Source: Octopus vulgaris
Lineage: Eukaryota
Assembly (NCBI GenBank): GCA_951406725.2
Contig: OX597815.1
Span: 83,390,001-83,454,000 of the forward strand
DNA length: 64,000 nt
Direction of reading: 5' to 3'
Of this stretch, positions 43,231-58,495 are shown piece after piece. The notes below the pieces were generated by a model. That model saw nothing but the letters and a program-made list of their open reading frames with translations, had not been told where the DNA came from and did not search any database. Numbering within the stretch: the first letter of the stretch is position 1; each line of letters opens with the position of its first letter. Made by a program: the position numbers and the translations under genes.

Positions 43231-44541
43231 AAAAGTTCGTTATTATTACACACATATATCATTGCCACTATTACTTTTATAGTTTTCACACTAACATCAA
43301 GAAACAAAGAACGATCCTTTCTCTTTCACTTCTTCTCCTCTTCCTGATATTACCACTCCTACGTCTACTACTACTGATGATGATATTTCTAATGCTGGTG
43401 ATGTCCGTACTCCTAAAGCCGCTGATTTTATCACTGCTGCTGATGCTATATATTTACTTCTAATATGGTTAAGACTGCTTCTACCGTGTCCAGGACTATT
43501 ATATTTCCATCTATGGTAATGATAATGAGAATGGGAGGAAGGAGGGGGTGTATGGCGTACATTTATCATAAATGATATTCTCATGAAGATTATGGCAATG
43601 ACTATGGATATCTATGATAATGATAGATGATATTACTGTTGAAGATGATAAGAAGAGCGTTGGTGAAGGTGGTGGTGTTTATGATGATAATGATTAGGAA
43701 GAAGAGGTGGATGTGGATCAGAAGGAGGAGAGAGAGAGAAGGAGGAGGAGGAGGAGGAGGAGGAGGGGAGGAGTTTGAAGACGATGACGACGGCGGCAGC
43801 TGTGGGTGTGGTAGTTGCAATGTTGCTGCTGCTGCTGCTCCTGGTAATGATGATGATGGGTATGACGATGGGGAGAAGAATATTGATGATAATGATGATA
43901 AATTGATCCCGATAGTAAAAAATATACTGATTTAAATTTTAACGACTCTTGACAAGATTTTGATTTCGAAATACAAATGAATACAAAAAGCAGTGAGTGA
44001 TTTGCATTGAGTGATAGAATTAAAATATGCTTAACTAGAGAACAATACATAGAAATAAGAATGTAGAACAATAAACTAGCACAAAATGCTAAAATGAATA
44101 GAGAGTGGAAATCCATAAGATACTCTGAACTAGATTACATGAAATTTTTCGATTACTTTGACTCAAAAATAATCAAGTACCTCCATTTATGCCGCCAGCC
44201 TATAGCCGCATAATAAAAGTGATCATATTTAACCAATCCTTATTATACATGCTCACACAGCTTCCATGAAATTTACTACAGAATAGATCCACCCTCTCTA
44301 CCCTCACCTTCTGCACCTGGAGTTTGAACATGTTTATGAAAGCTTGATCTTGGAAGAAATTCTGTCCTTTGCTTTCAAACATCGTCCAACACGGAACTTC
44401 TTTCAATATAACCACTTACTTTAAGTTGCCAACAGAAGTTTGTGGATCGATTTTCATGATAATCCCGGTTAATAGCCAGAGCCTTCCCGCTCGAGATGGC
44501 TGCTATTTGACACGAACGGTTTTGTCAGCCTACGTAATTAC

Positions 44542-44581
44542 CTGATAAGTTCGGTTGGTGGCTGATTCCAGACATCTATGC
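44542..44581 (-). CDS. Candidate small internal exon of an unidentified host gene
   Basis: tcctacag|g cat aga tgt...tat cag|gtaatt; 40 nt; phase-compatible with candidate 45305-45481 (..GYR HRCLESATNRTYQ). Confidence 0.3.
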
Positions 44582-45304
44582 CTGTAGGATTTAATTTAAG
44601 TAGGCATAATACAATCCCGTTTAGTACTCATATGTCAAGTACTTTCAGAAGATTGGTGTAATTCATTTGTGAATCATGTTGTATTGACGCTGCTACATTT
44701 CTGTTTTATTGCATTATCAATGCACTTCACTTTCAAGTAAGGGGAATATAAAGAGACACTAAATTATAAACTATATTTCAAGTAACCAATATCTCGAGCT
44801 GTTTTCATCATAGTGAAAACACTCAACCATATTTACTCACTGGCGTTGACAACTATATTGGCCTCAGAAACACTCCGCTTCAACAGAAAGTGTATTCCTG
44901 CAGTAAAAATTACAACTCGTGAAATGGATATCATTAGGATTTATGTGCAAATCAGTTGATATATATAAATATGCGTGTATGTATATATGTCTATGTGTGC
45001 TTTCCTTGTATGTGTATGTGTGTTAAATGCATTTAATATATAAGAGTCAATTCAGTACAAAAGGTACCAATGTAAGTAATTATTTATGGTAAATATCATT
45101 AAGATAATGCTGTAGAAATATATAAGACCGAGAGAATTAGTGTAAAATTATCCGCAATTTAAGATCGGAACACTGCCCTTAATGCCACATCAAATTCGTT
45201 TGAAGCAAGTATGTGTTTTCTTTTTTAAAATATATTTATCAATACAATTTGACCCTGCACATCTTATTTGTATAAACACTATACAAATTCCTCTTGAATG
45301 GCAC

Positions 45305-45481
45305 CTGTAACCAAATGATATTTTGATCGTAGTTTTTTTCGTATTATATTCCTGTGGAAAGAGATATTTCTCATCAAATGGTTTCAGAACCATGAGATTT
45401 CCAAAGCTAGTGTTGCTAATATGTGTGAAGAGTAAACCTGTGAAGCAACGAAGCTGAGTACGACATTTGAGATAAATGGTT
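45305..45481 (-). CDS. Candidate internal exon of an unidentified host gene
   Basis: ttttcctattgtcag| 177 nt open (TIYLKCRTQLRCFTG...KISFGY) cag|gtgcca; phase 2 to phase 2. Confidence 0.3.
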
Positions 45482-45829
45482 CTGACAATAGGAAAATTGA
45501 ATCATTTCTTACTAAATACAAAAGATAACTCAGTTACTTAATGTTAATGTATAACTTCCTACAAATTATTTGAAAAATATTAACTACTGTGCTTGCAAAA
45601 ATATTAATGCACGTGTCTGTCGCAGTTATTATTTTACTTCTTAATGGTCTTATTTTCCCCGCTTCTCCGTTCTCGTGTTTTTAAATATATATTGTTAACA
45701 TTCCTTGTATTTGTATTGCAAATCCTTCAGACATATTTTGTTATATTTGTAGCTCTTTTTTTAAACTTAAGCAACACTAGAAGGAGCGGATGATTTTATT
45801 AATTATATAGGAAAGTACAATATATGGAC

Positions 45830-46136
45830 TGTTTTAAGATTATTTCTTTGTTATAACTCCGAAAGAGAACATATGGATATGACAATGGATTGCTGTTCTT
45901 AACAACATAGTCAACACCAGTGCAGTTGCAATTCAGTAACTGGTTTTGCTCTTCTAGAATCCCTAGATTATAAGCAGACGTATTTGACAGATGCATTGCC
46001 AACGAATTCATGTAATATCGGCATGGTACTTGTTGAGCATTCAAGAATTCCATTATTGTCACGGGTGTCGGTCTTTGTAGCAGCTCAAAATACTGTTTAA
46101 CTTTTCTTATTTCGTTTAATTGTTGACAGGTTTTAG
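45830..46136 (-). CDS. Candidate exon; donor site uncertain
   Basis: ttttctataactgtag| then more than 100 open codons in non-repetitive DNA (KTCQQLNEIRKVKQYF...NCNCTGVDY...); only weak phase-2 donors such as ca|gtccat. Confidence 0.25.
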
Positions 46137-47250
46137 CTACAGTTATAGAAAATTGTTTAGGTTACTAAATAACTAGCATCTGTTTCGTTAGCTTGCTGCA
46201 AAATACTCAGTTATTGATACGAGTTACGAAAACAGACATGTGCCCAGCAGTACAGGCATGGGGATTACACTACCCATGATACATAATTAGATATAAAATC
46301 AGTGTAAACGGTTCCTAATATTTTTTTCATTAGACAGGCTTTCATCGGTGAAAATATTTGAGAGTATTGACACAATAAAAGACTGTATCTATATTATTTT
46401 GCAAGATCAAATATAATTACAATCACACACACATTTCAGCATATCTGTTTAAATGTATAATTATTATTGTGCAGTTACGTATGTACATATACAAATGGGC
46501 AAAGTAATTCAGAAATGACAACTGCTACATCAGAGAATAAGTCATGTGGAGCTACGAGATATAAAAATGTCATATTCCTCATTACGAGCTCTTATTAGAT
46601 TATATTCAATACAAAATTTACAAAAGGGAATATATTCATTTTAATTAGCTCTAGTAATATAAATAGCTGTCATTTTCTTAGCTAAACTAACTATAATTCA
46701 CCAGCTCGGTCAGAGACCCTCTAGGAAGTATGACCACGTAGATTATTCTGCTGAGACAAGCATATTTAAAGTAGTTCTACTATCCAGTATACTTCAGAGA
46801 GCAGTGCCCTGACAAGCTCTTCTTCGACTGTTAAAACTGTCACACTATCAATCATATACAATGACAGTAAATCCTACTGACAGCAGCAAGGCAATGGCAT
46901 CCCACCTGATCTGCTTTCCATTCTTATATTTGTATAAGATGTTAATCATTAGACAAGAATGGCATTAACGTCTATATGAAAACCAATATTTTTGCATAGG
47001 TTCATATAATTTCCAATCATTCACAATAGCATTTATATTTTCTGCATGTTTTTGTTTTGCTGCTGCAGACCAGTAAGGAATGATACAAATTTTTATCAAT
47101 ATTTTATTGAGTTCTTAAGGTTGTGTGATATTCAAACATTTCCAAATATGAGCTTTCTCTAAGATACAGCCCAATCTACCATAACTTTATTAGAACAAAT
47201 GGTGCATTTGTGTGCACATCTAAATAAATATATAAGCCTATGTGTGTATG

Positions 47251-47287
<37 letters not shown>

Positions 47288-48719
47288 GTATATTTGTGTA
47301 TGAGTGTCTGTCTGTGTATGTACATATAACATGCATGTGGCTGTGTCAGTGTTGGGGGCTGTCCTTTGAGACATTCGTGATAATGTGAATTTATACTTCT
47401 GCAGTTCAGACCATAGTGCCGTGAAGCATCATACAACTTATGGAGTTCAATGGCGGGTGTCAACATGAGCGAGGATACACATCAAAAGCATTTATAAATA
47501 TAGTATAAAAGTAGGAAGATTGAAAGTAGGGTTAGAAATAATAGAGAAAGGCAGAGAGAGAGAGAGAGAGAAAGGGTGATAGACAAAAAGACAGACAGAA
47601 TAAATGGAATCTGAAGCAGAAGAAAAAGATTGATACAATAACTACTAGTAAGTAAACATTTACTTGTGAGATATGGAAAGGAAGAGAAGATGAAGGCGAC
47701 GAAGAAGTTGGAATTACAAAAGGTGATAAAGAAGGGCACCATCAGCTCGCAGACAAAGAAAAGTGTAGCTTAAAGATAAAGTGAAAATGAGTATATATAG
47801 AAGTTAAAAGTTTTGGGTATTTTCAGGTATGTCTATTTGTCTAGTTAACTATGTACGTCTGTTTTTGTAAGAATGTTTGTGTATGTGAGTCTCTGTCCTT
47901 CTGCGTGCGCACGCGCATGTGTGTGTATGTTTGTGTGTGCGTGCATGTGTGAGATTTGAATGCATGTTTGTTGTCTGTATGTTTTCACTTACGTATGTAC
48001 ATGTACGACAACGTTTGTGTATAATGTAATGTCGTGTCTCATTAACATGGAATGGAAATAAAAAAAAGAGTAGCATGCAAATGGCACGGAGTTAGACATT
48101 ATAGTAAGCAGACCCATATGTACACACACACACACAAACATACAAACAGTAACATCACAAGCAGCCGCAACAACAACAACATCCACGATAGTAACAGCGT
48201 GAACGAACACACAAATACAGAAAGATACATGAACACTAACAAAAGTAGGGGTCAAGAACAGCAAAAACAGCAACAGAAGAGAAAAAAAAGGTGAGGGAAA
48301 TGTCAAAGTAACACTAAGAAAAACAACAATCAAAAGGGCACGGATATAAAAAGGGTAGTGGGCAAGCACATATACACAGACACAAGCACACATGCGTAAC
48401 ACATAAACACGCGTACGCACACCTACGCACGCGCACACACAAACACACACATACACACACAAACACACGCATACGGACGCAAAATCATGTGCAGATGAAG
48501 ACGTACATCGTAGAAAGACACAATGGACTAAGTGGGGCAGGGGATTCACGTGGACGGAAAGGGTTTGCTGAAGAGGTCACAGACGTGTGACCAAAGATTT
48601 CCGGACAACGGCCATACGATAAAATACGAATAGTAATAAACGAGTGAAGAATGTATATATAGCGCGCGTGCTTATTTGGCATAAAAGGAATTACCTCAAA
48701 AATTGAGGATTAGCGAAAG

Positions 48720-50900
48720 GCAGTCTACATGTTGCTAAATGCAGACTCCTCAACGAACAGGACAGCAGCAACACATTTTAAGGAAATAAAAGTAACGGTG
48801 CAGTGGAAGGAGAGAATAATGCAGGAAAACTGGGGGAGTGTTAGCTGCGATGAAATCCAAGAATCTTCAAATGCTAACAATTCAAAACATCGTGTCTCTC
48901 TGGAAAACAGTTTATTGTCCAACTTCATCAAGAGGCGTTCCGCTTCGTAGCAAACATGCACAGAATTAACAACAGATCCTAAAGATATTGTTGGGAAACA
49001 GAAATATCACTTTGGTGAGTTGCTCCATAAACCCACTGAAGTTGATGTCTCTGTCCCTGATAATAATCTCGAAAGACCAACAAAACATTGTTTAGCAGAA
49101 GTTCCGAAACCCGCTGAAATAAAAGCGGCTATCGTGAAATTAAAAAGCTGCTGGTTTGGATGAATTAGGTGCAGAGAGATATACAAATATAATGGTGAAC
49201 ACCACTGTACAATGTTGATCCTGTACAGGTGTGATACTGAGGGTTCGGCATAGTAAAGTGGTTCCTCAGGATTGGCAGGATACGATAATGGATATACTTT
49301 ATAAATCGATGGGTGGAAAGGATGGCTGCGATATTTTTCGTGGAATCTGTCTGTTAGCTGAAGAGGTTCTTTGTAGGGTAATTCTGAATAGATTGCATCT
49401 GCACGTTGCTGATGAATTACAAGAATAGTGCATCGAACACGATATGGACTTATACCAAGTTTTTATTGATCTCACAAAACATTTGATTCTGTAAATAGAA
49501 TTGCACTTTGGGAGATCTTGAAAAATCTGTGCTGTCCTGAAAAATTTGTGAGAATGCTTAGACAATTTCATGACGGGATGGAGTGAGAGTTAATGCTGGA
49601 GATACCCTGTCAGATCCAATTTCTTTAAAACTGGTGTGTGAAACAGGGTGATATTCCTGCTCCAAACTTCGTTTCATCTGCATTTTACGATTGTCTTCCA
49701 AATATTCTTCGAAGATTGAGCTGAAGAGGTCTATATAAGATATAGGAACGCAGAAAAACGTTTCAACATCAAAGGACTTTGCGCCATAAAAAAATGGTCT
49801 TCACTTTCACATCATTAAGTTCTTGTGCGCAGATGATTGTGACATGTTAGCAGATACCCAAAGAGACATACAACACATAGTGAATGCGATTTCTATAGTA
49901 TGTACAGCATCAGGCCTTAACATTGTCTTGAAGAAAACTTTTCTTATATATCAGCCTGTCTCCTCTAACCTTTATATGGAAGTTTCTGTAACTGTCTATG
50001 AACAAAGGCTAGAAGTCATCACCAGATTCACATATTCAGGAAGTACTATGAACATTACCGGTGTTGAAAATGAAATTTCTTTTAGAATCAACAAAGCTAG
50101 TGATGCCTTTGGTAGCCTTCACAAGCGTCTTTGGTCACACCATATCATATCTATCTGAACTAAAGTTAGGATTTATAAGACGTGTTCTTCCATCATTGCT
50201 CAATGGATGTGAGATATGTGTTATTTATCGCAAATATTTGAAGCATTTGGAATCCATCAACATTGTCTTCGGATCATACTTGGAATAAATTCAAGAACGG
50301 CGGACAATGAAGTAGAGGCACTTGAGAGAAGTGTATAATCGATTATTCTGTAAAGTCGTTTGTGGCGGAGTGAGAATGAGTGATAAAAGAAGTGTATAAT
50401 CGATTATTCTGTAAAGTAGTTTATGGTGGGATGAGAATGAGTGATAGAAGACATCCTAAGCAACTTTTGTACGATGAAGTGAAAGATAGTAAAAGGCCAG
50501 CACATAAACCTAAAATGTGGTTCAAAGACTGCCTTGAAACTGCTTTAACACAAACAGGCATTACACAAACATGCTAGTTGGGAGAGAGAAGCACAAGACA
50601 AAATAGACAGAGAAAAAGAGTGCATGTGTGTGATTTGTAGGAGGCAATGCTCAAGCCATACCAACCTGGTCAGCCATCAAAGAAGCCACGGGATTCGACC
50701 CCTTGTAAATTATGATACAGGTATTGTTGATAACAGAACATGTGTAACTTGTGCCGTTCAGATGGAGAATTAAAAAGACATGTCAAAAAACACTTCACAC
50801 TGTAGTACCAGTTCGTTCTCACAGCCAATACAACTGCATTATGCAATAAAATGTGCAAATTTGTGGCAGGGCTCAAGAGTCATATAAGGGACACACATTG
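48720..50900 (+). mobile_element. Decayed RTE-clade LINE (BovB-like), RT to C-terminus
   Basis: VPQDWQD..LYK..FRGICLL, FIDLTKHL, KQGDIPAP, CADDC, LLNGCE, RHPKQLLY and PKMWFKD, plus C2H2-like remnants (GLKSHIR). Confidence 0.85.
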
Positions 50901-50912
50901 CAGTATCAATGA

Positions 50913-51059
<147 letters not shown>

Positions 51060-52204
51060 TGTGTGTGTGTGTGTGTGCTTATGCATGTATACTTGTTTCG
51101 TATGGTTGTTGACACTTCACCTACTGGTGGGTATAGAGACATATTCGAAAAAATATCCTTGTGAAGCCAGCGACTGGATATATATATATAATCAAAATAA
51201 GCAACAAGTATATCCGAGGTAATGTGGTACGATCGTTTCATGCTACTTCATTTTATTAAACACTGTAAGCATTACATAAATTTTAAAATGTCGAGCAATC
51301 TTCAGTCACCTTTAGAAATTTTCCAAACAACCGGACAATGTACATTCGTATTCCTAATGTATTTGCCAACATTATAAAGAGGGTTGATATACAGACAGCT
51401 GATACATATAGCGTAGTGCACATTGTTTGTATATATATATATATATATATAGGCGCAAAATATCATAATAGTTTTACGCCTCTTACTTTTGATACTGATC
51501 AATTTTGAGGTGCTAGTACTTTTATGTAGCTGCTGGAGAAAAACTAGAGAATGTGTGCTAAAGCAGAAACAAACAAGGCATTATATAAATAAAACAAACA
51601 AAATAGTACGACGCCTTGCGGCTACACATAGACGGAAGAAATAAATAGTAATACTTATACATATACTATAAATACAACAGTAAGTGCTTTGCAGCTGTCA
51701 AAGGAACGAAGTGGGTTTGCCAAAAAAAAAAGCAGTTCCTAGAGCAAGGGCGTGACCAGTCTAATCAAATGGAGGGTAAAAAAGAACGACATCACTTTTA
51801 TGCCCCCTGAATGATTAAAGAAGGAGCCTCCCTCCACGCTGTATACATCATTGCCACAACAGTAACATCAGCAACAAAATCTGTAGCAGTATCCATATCC
51901 TCAGCAGCCTGCCATGGAGAACAGCACAAAATCAATAGCAGCACTAAAATGGAACATCAAGAAAAATACACTCGACATCAAAAGCAGTAAACTCAAACTC
52001 CACAACATCGAATTCTCAAATCCAATTGCATTTTTTACCGACGCCGTCGTGCCTGCTTTTATGGTTCTCTGGGCTACTTTCGTATCTATTGCCACAGATT
52101 CTGTATTTCGTCTGTATTAGACAATAATTATTAATAATGTAATTTTTATCATCATCATCATAATTACCTTCCTCCTCCACCTCATCATCAGCATTATCAT
52201 TATG

Positions 52205-52304
52205 NNNNNNNNNNNNNNNNNNNNNNNNNNNNNNNNNNNNNNNNNNNNNNNNNNNNNNNNNNNNNNNNNNNNNNNNNNNNNNNNNNNNNNNNNNNNNNNN
52301 NNNN
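52205..52304. other. Assembly gap (100 N)
   Basis: Run of exactly 100 n between trinucleotide microsatellites. Confidence 0.99.
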
Positions 52305-52334
52305 ACAACAACAACAGCGACAATAATACAATAA

Positions 52335-52365
<31 letters not shown>

Positions 52366-52584
52366 GATTATAATAATAGTTATAGCAATACTAATATATA
52401 TGTAAGTATGTATGTATGGTCTGTATGCATTAATGTCCAGTAATACGTACAAGTAGGAATATTTTTGCGTTTATATGTTTGTTCCTCTCTGCGATTTTCA
52501 ACTTTGTATAAACCTATGTATGTGTTTAGAAATACAACACTGTTCCCCCACACACACACACAAACGCACACACACACAAATACA

Positions 52585-52619
<35 letters not shown>

Positions 52620-54249
52620 GTAAATGTGGATCGAGGGTTTTTTTGAAGTCCAAAACCCGTTGATCCAATAACACCATTTACAATCTCTATGCTTGGAATG
52701 ACCAATTTCAAATACTTTTAGAACGTACACACAAGGTACAGGAAACTTATATGAATACCATTCCGCTTAAATACTGGAAGTGCAGATGCAATATCCTTGC
52801 ATATCTCACGTTTGTTTCCATTTCTCCCTGAAACAGCTGTAAGACCACTTTCACAGCCTTGGATTTTTATCTCATTCTGTTAATTTTATATATATATGTA
52901 TGCATTTGTGTGTGTGTGTGTGTGTGTGAGTGTGTAGACACAAATACAAATGCCGTGTGTGTGTGTGTGTTTGTGTATAAGTCCTCATATTTGTAACCAC
53001 ATTTTTTCCAATGTCGAAAATGTTTTGTTAACCTGAGCATACCGCCAACCATTGCTTTCATAAATACTTCCACCAATAACATCGCTCTATAAATTACTTA
53101 CATCTCACTCAACCTCGTACATAAGCAACCACTTTCATCTCATCTAAAACTTATTTTCTTTTTCATCTTTCGTTCGTGGCTCCAAAATTTAATCTATTTC
53201 TTTTTTTACTTCACTGTCAAAGCTATTTAGTCTGAAACTTTAGACTCACGTCTCCTTATGTCACCACTTGACTTTGTCTAATATGATTAATAAGGTTTGC
53301 TCATTCTTTAAATCAAATATCCATTGCTTTCCATTATATGTCACAGCTAATTCATTTGCCTAAAATGGTCAACCCGTTTTCGTACCTCACTCGCTGTCGA
53401 GTTAAAAGAACCTTGATAACAACAGAAATAAAAGTACGTTCGATTATTTGAAATCTGAAGAGCAAATATATCAATATGACAAATGTAAACCTTTCTCAGA
53501 AAAAGTGAATGAATTTTTCTTAAAATATCGTTTGAAGAGAAGTTTTAATCAATTGAAGTTACGTATGTGTGTTGTTCAAAGAACTTTGTAGAATATATTA
53601 TTTGCCTATGTCATTCTTAACAGCAGCATTAATACATGCCGCATTCTAAAGACTTGAAATATGAGTCAGACACATGCATGACACATACTAAATTAAAAAA
53701 AAACGGAAGCACTCATATGTCGTATGTCTAGACGAAATTTGAAATGAGGCGGGCTCTTAGTGAAACTATATATCAAGTTTTGCATAATAGTAATATTTCT
53801 TATAATTATATTTACATCTAGTATGTGTGGGGCTTTGTTTTATCTTTATTTTTTATTTTATTTTTATTTATTTATTTGTTTGGTTAGCTTTTTTTTTTTT
53901 TATTTAATTGAACAAAATAATTGTCTGGTAATTTATCTTATCGATCCCGAAATAATAAGGCAAGCAGTGACTTCGTTGGCGCTTGGACTCAGATCGTAAA
54001 AATAACTCTATTTAAATGCTAATAACATTTTGTCCACCGCTTTACACATTCTAATAATAGGCGATATTAATGATTTCTTTGGCAGTTTTCTTGCAGACCC
54101 GTTAACATGCCGAGCAAATGCTTACTGGCATTTCGTCCGTCTTTAATTTCTAAGTTCAAAATCTGCCGAGGTTGACTTTGCCTTTCATTGTTTCGGAATC
54201 GAAAGAACAAGTATCAGTTGCTTACGTTCCCCACCCTCCTTATGTGACT

Positions 54250-55730
54250 ATGTTCTTTTCATACTTTTTTCAGCTTTCCCAGTAGCTGACATGCCACTTT
54301 GATTCGATATTCTTTGCGTAGTTTCACTGGATTTCTTGGAATTCCGTCGTTAATTTTTACACTGACTTTCCTCCATCAGCGTTGTTTTCAGACGGAACTT
54401 TTCACTACATTGAAATGCTTGTTAAGTCAATTTGCGATCTTTGTCCGTCGTCTCATCAAAATGTTGCTCCCTCTAAGGATATCGATCTTGTGTGTGTTGG
54501 CCTTGTGCTCTGGGACAGATTACTTGCATATGGCTTGCATTATGGATATGAAGCGTTTAAGTTTCATGCCAATGTACGATGTGCAGAAAAATTTAGGTCA
54601 ACTCTGTTTGAGGATCTCTGTCTGAATCGATTTTCAGTTTGCTTTAAGCCAAGATTGGGTGATTTGATGTGTCCTCGTATTGACTGTGTGTCTGCAACTC
54701 CTTTTGGTCCATACATAATCATCTCTATTATATTATGATCTGAAACTTGTGTCGGTGTCATTTTCACCTTGTAGATATTATCCATAACGTGAAGTAGAGA
54801 TCTAGTATATCACTTGCCTTGGTTGCTTGGATCACAGTTTGCTCCATGAAGGAAGCACTAGTAAAGGTGAGTAGGGATTCTACCAGTGCTTGCTAGCAGA
54901 GTGTCATTCCGAAGAGCACGAAGAGCAAGATATCCTCGGGCCATCCCACACTGGGAAAATGGAAGCTCTCCCCAAGAGGGATACACTGATATGTCGTTCC
55001 AGTTTGGTGAGAACTTCTGTTTTTGAGAGGCATTCATCAAACTTGCTTGTGTAATTTGGGGACATCAGGGGAGTGATCTGTAGTATGACAATATCACGTT
55101 GTCTTATATGTGCAGCATACAGATTTTGAATGTGACAGCAGGACCTGGGACGTTAGCTCCTCACGTATCTATACTACAACTCCACTGTGACTCCTTGCTC
55201 TTTTCTCTGCTCATATTACAATATACCACAGTATGTGTACTTCTGCATCCTTTGTATCAGGTATCAGGTGCTTGTCCACTAGTGCTCTATATAAAGCTTC
55301 ATTGCTTGCAAGATTTTTCAGGAAAGCGATATTTTGTCCTTGAGGTGAAACAGACCACTGATATTCAATAAAAAATATGGGTGTGACTAATGTGTTGGTG
55401 ATGACTCTCCTGTATCTCTTGACTGTCGTGGCCTCTGATCGTGATGGATGTGTTTCCAAGTCTGTATTTGTCGTAGCAAGATTAGCTGCTGCTAAATCTT
55501 GTGCGTCGTGCACAAAAATGTTTTTGATCAGCTGCCGCCATTTTCAAATCTGAGTGTAGCTGTTTTTTGGGGGTAGCACGCATTACGTCTGCATAACATC
55601 TTCTAGGACCAGACAGTGTGCAATCTCCTCTTCTTTGGTGCATCTCTTTTCTTTTTCATTAAAGAAGTTTTGATACACAACCATGCAGTTTTGGTAAGGC
55701 TTCAAATGTGCATTACAACAGTTTGCGCCA
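54250..55730 (-). mobile_element. Decayed RTE-like LINE 3' part
   Basis: Minus-strand remnants (DAQDLAA, IEMIMYG, KLKRFISI) collinear with the RTE RT C-terminus; many stops. Confidence 0.55.
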
Positions 55731-57167
55731 TCACCTCCATGTCAATACACACACATGCAAACATACATACATATATACATACATACGCACACACACACAC
55801 ACATATATTTGTGTGTGTGGATGTACGTGCACACAGACATATATATTTATTTAAGTAGTTAAGTATAAATGCATGTACACGATCGCGTGTTCTTCTACAT
55901 ACACAATGTATGCTTTATAATAAAGCGGTTGCATTAATGGCAAATAGGTATAAAGACGAAGTGATGCGGGCATCACATTTTGAAACACTGGTAGGCGTCG
56001 AGATATGTTTACAAATTATGCTAACGTTTCATCAACATTTTCACGTTTGACTTGAAATTTATAAGCTTATAAGCATCTCGTGTTCAGATCGCTTAATACA
56101 TTAATTTACATAAATAACGAGATACTAAATTCATGTAGAAATTTCAAAGATAGGCGCCGTTATACTGGTCAACTAGTGTCGTATTTCGTTCTTATCAGAC
56201 AGTCAATAAATAATTTCGCCGAGTGTCTACCCAAGTTTCACACAGCTAACGTTTAATTTATAGATAAACGAATTACTTCATTCTTTGATGTCACAACGGT
56301 AATTAAATCCAGTTATCATTTATATTGTTAGAGAAAATGTTAGAAATTCTATAATCCATACGTGGTGCTTGAGAATTTAATAATTTATAAAGCCAAATGT
56401 TTCAAAACCTATCGTGTGATACATATTAATTCATTGTAGCAAACCTCATGATTTTTCATGATATTAATCAATTAACCACCAACACTTTCTCGTATCGTAT
56501 TCTTCAACAACTTAATTTACATGCATTTAATTAGATCTGGATATTTTCTATAGCCTATGCTATTTTTATGTTCACGCGAGTTTAAGGCTTTCTAGATATT
56601 AATATAAAATGTGTTCGAAGAATAATTACATATCATATATTTAATGATATGCTATGGAAAATTTATATGAGTTTCTTTTATCTTATTACAGCATTTATCT
56701 TATTGCAGTATTTAAGCATATTTAAACTTTGTTGTGCATAAACTGTCGAGTGAAGAGATTTTGTTCTCTGTATTCATAGTTCCAGTGTACATTATACATT
56801 CTGATCGTATGTATAGGTACGTGTACATGTCTGCTTCTGTGCATGCAGTTCCATCACACACACACACACACATACATTCACACACACAAACATACACACA
56901 CACACGTTAATATCAAGCTGCAAGAACGAGTGTTAACAAAAGTAACACGTGAACAATTATATTTATCAGGACTTAGACAATCTCTGGAGCCCGAGCTTTC
57001 AAATTAATATAAATCGGCATTTATTTAGGTGGAATTTAAATCCCAAATAGTATTCCGCCATACTACGTCAGACTGTAATATATTTCTGTATATGTGTTAC
57101 AATATAATTATTTATTCCTTTGTGATCTCTTTTCTCACGTATGTTATATATTATATATCTGTATGTA

Positions 57168-57209
<42 letters not shown>

Positions 57210-57229
57210 CTTATATATCTGTGTGTATG

Positions 57230-57270
<41 letters not shown>

Positions 57271-57332
57271 TACTATATATATAGTATGTATGTATATATA
57301 TGTATTTATATACTCATATGCATCTATATATA

Positions 57333-57413
<81 letters not shown>

Positions 57414-57681
57414 GTATATATGGGTACAGGACATCAAAAAAACGTAGACAGAATGAGAAACGAGACATGCAACATAAAGAACATTACCATCATCAGTTGT
57501 CCTCTGTTTCATCTACTCCGCGTTTCGAAGTCCGGCCAGCCACGTACTTTCTATCTTGGTCTGACAGTCGACCGCCGACATTTCTAATGTCGAAAAGCTA
57601 TGTTCCTGCCTTTCGGCTTTCACTTCATACACATCAGTTCAGTCTGATTCACTCTCAGTCGAAAGACACCTGTTGCTGTTT

Positions 57682-57734
<53 letters not shown>

Positions 57735-57745
57735 GTATATATGTG

Positions 57746-57815
<70 letters not shown>

Positions 57816-57882
57816 CATATATATAGATATAGATGTAAATATATATATACACATATATATATATGTATACATATCCATATAC

Positions 57883-57944
<62 letters not shown>

Positions 57945-58136
57945 ATTAGCGCCTATAGATGTGTCTATATATATATATATACGAATGGAACAAAAATGCA
58001 TATAGAGGACAGGCTTTCTGTCCTCAGTCAAGTTCCAGACGTCACAACCATTTCGGGCGGTTACGCTTGAGATGGTTCGGTCTGATATTTATATATATAT
58101 ATATGTATCTATGTACGTATATGTATATATACATTT

Positions 58137-58350
58137 AAAATGTGATCACGTGTGCACCGTTGCCGATTTTTTTCCTCCGTCTTTCCTTCTCTGGATCTTT
58201 CCTTTTCCTGTGTTTCTGACGAAGAGCTCCGCTCGAAACGTAAAACCCTCCTCCTTCCCTTCCTTCATGAGCGTCCAATAATACTATATTTGTTCCACGT
58301 CCTCGCGTTGTTGTGTTTTCTCTTTGTGTTTTCGTGTTTGGATTAACTTT
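58137..58350 (+). mobile_element. ~200-bp hammerhead-bearing element (copy 3, best preserved)
   Basis: Closely similar to 6527-6720; embedded in (TA)n. Confidence 0.78.
58212..58246 (+). ncRNA. Minimal type I hammerhead ribozyme
   Basis: gttt-CUGACGA-a-gagc(ucc)gcuc-GAAA-cg-UA-aaac; canonical core with GUA site. Confidence 0.78.
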
Positions 58351-58355
58351 ATATG

Positions 58356-58392
<37 letters not shown>

Positions 58393-58418
58393 ATATATAT
58401 ACATGTATGTATATATAT

Positions 58419-58495
<77 letters not shown>

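Noticed and set aside
50327-50448. 61-bp tandem duplication
   Set aside because: Local slippage inside a dead RTE LINE; two units only, not an array. The direct repeats at ~27720-27870 and ~61100/61410 are similar.
57029-57826. 265-aa ORF and the many other YI/CV/HT-rich ORFs
   Set aside because: They are translations of (TA)n, (TG)n and (CA)n microsatellites, which lack stops in some frames.
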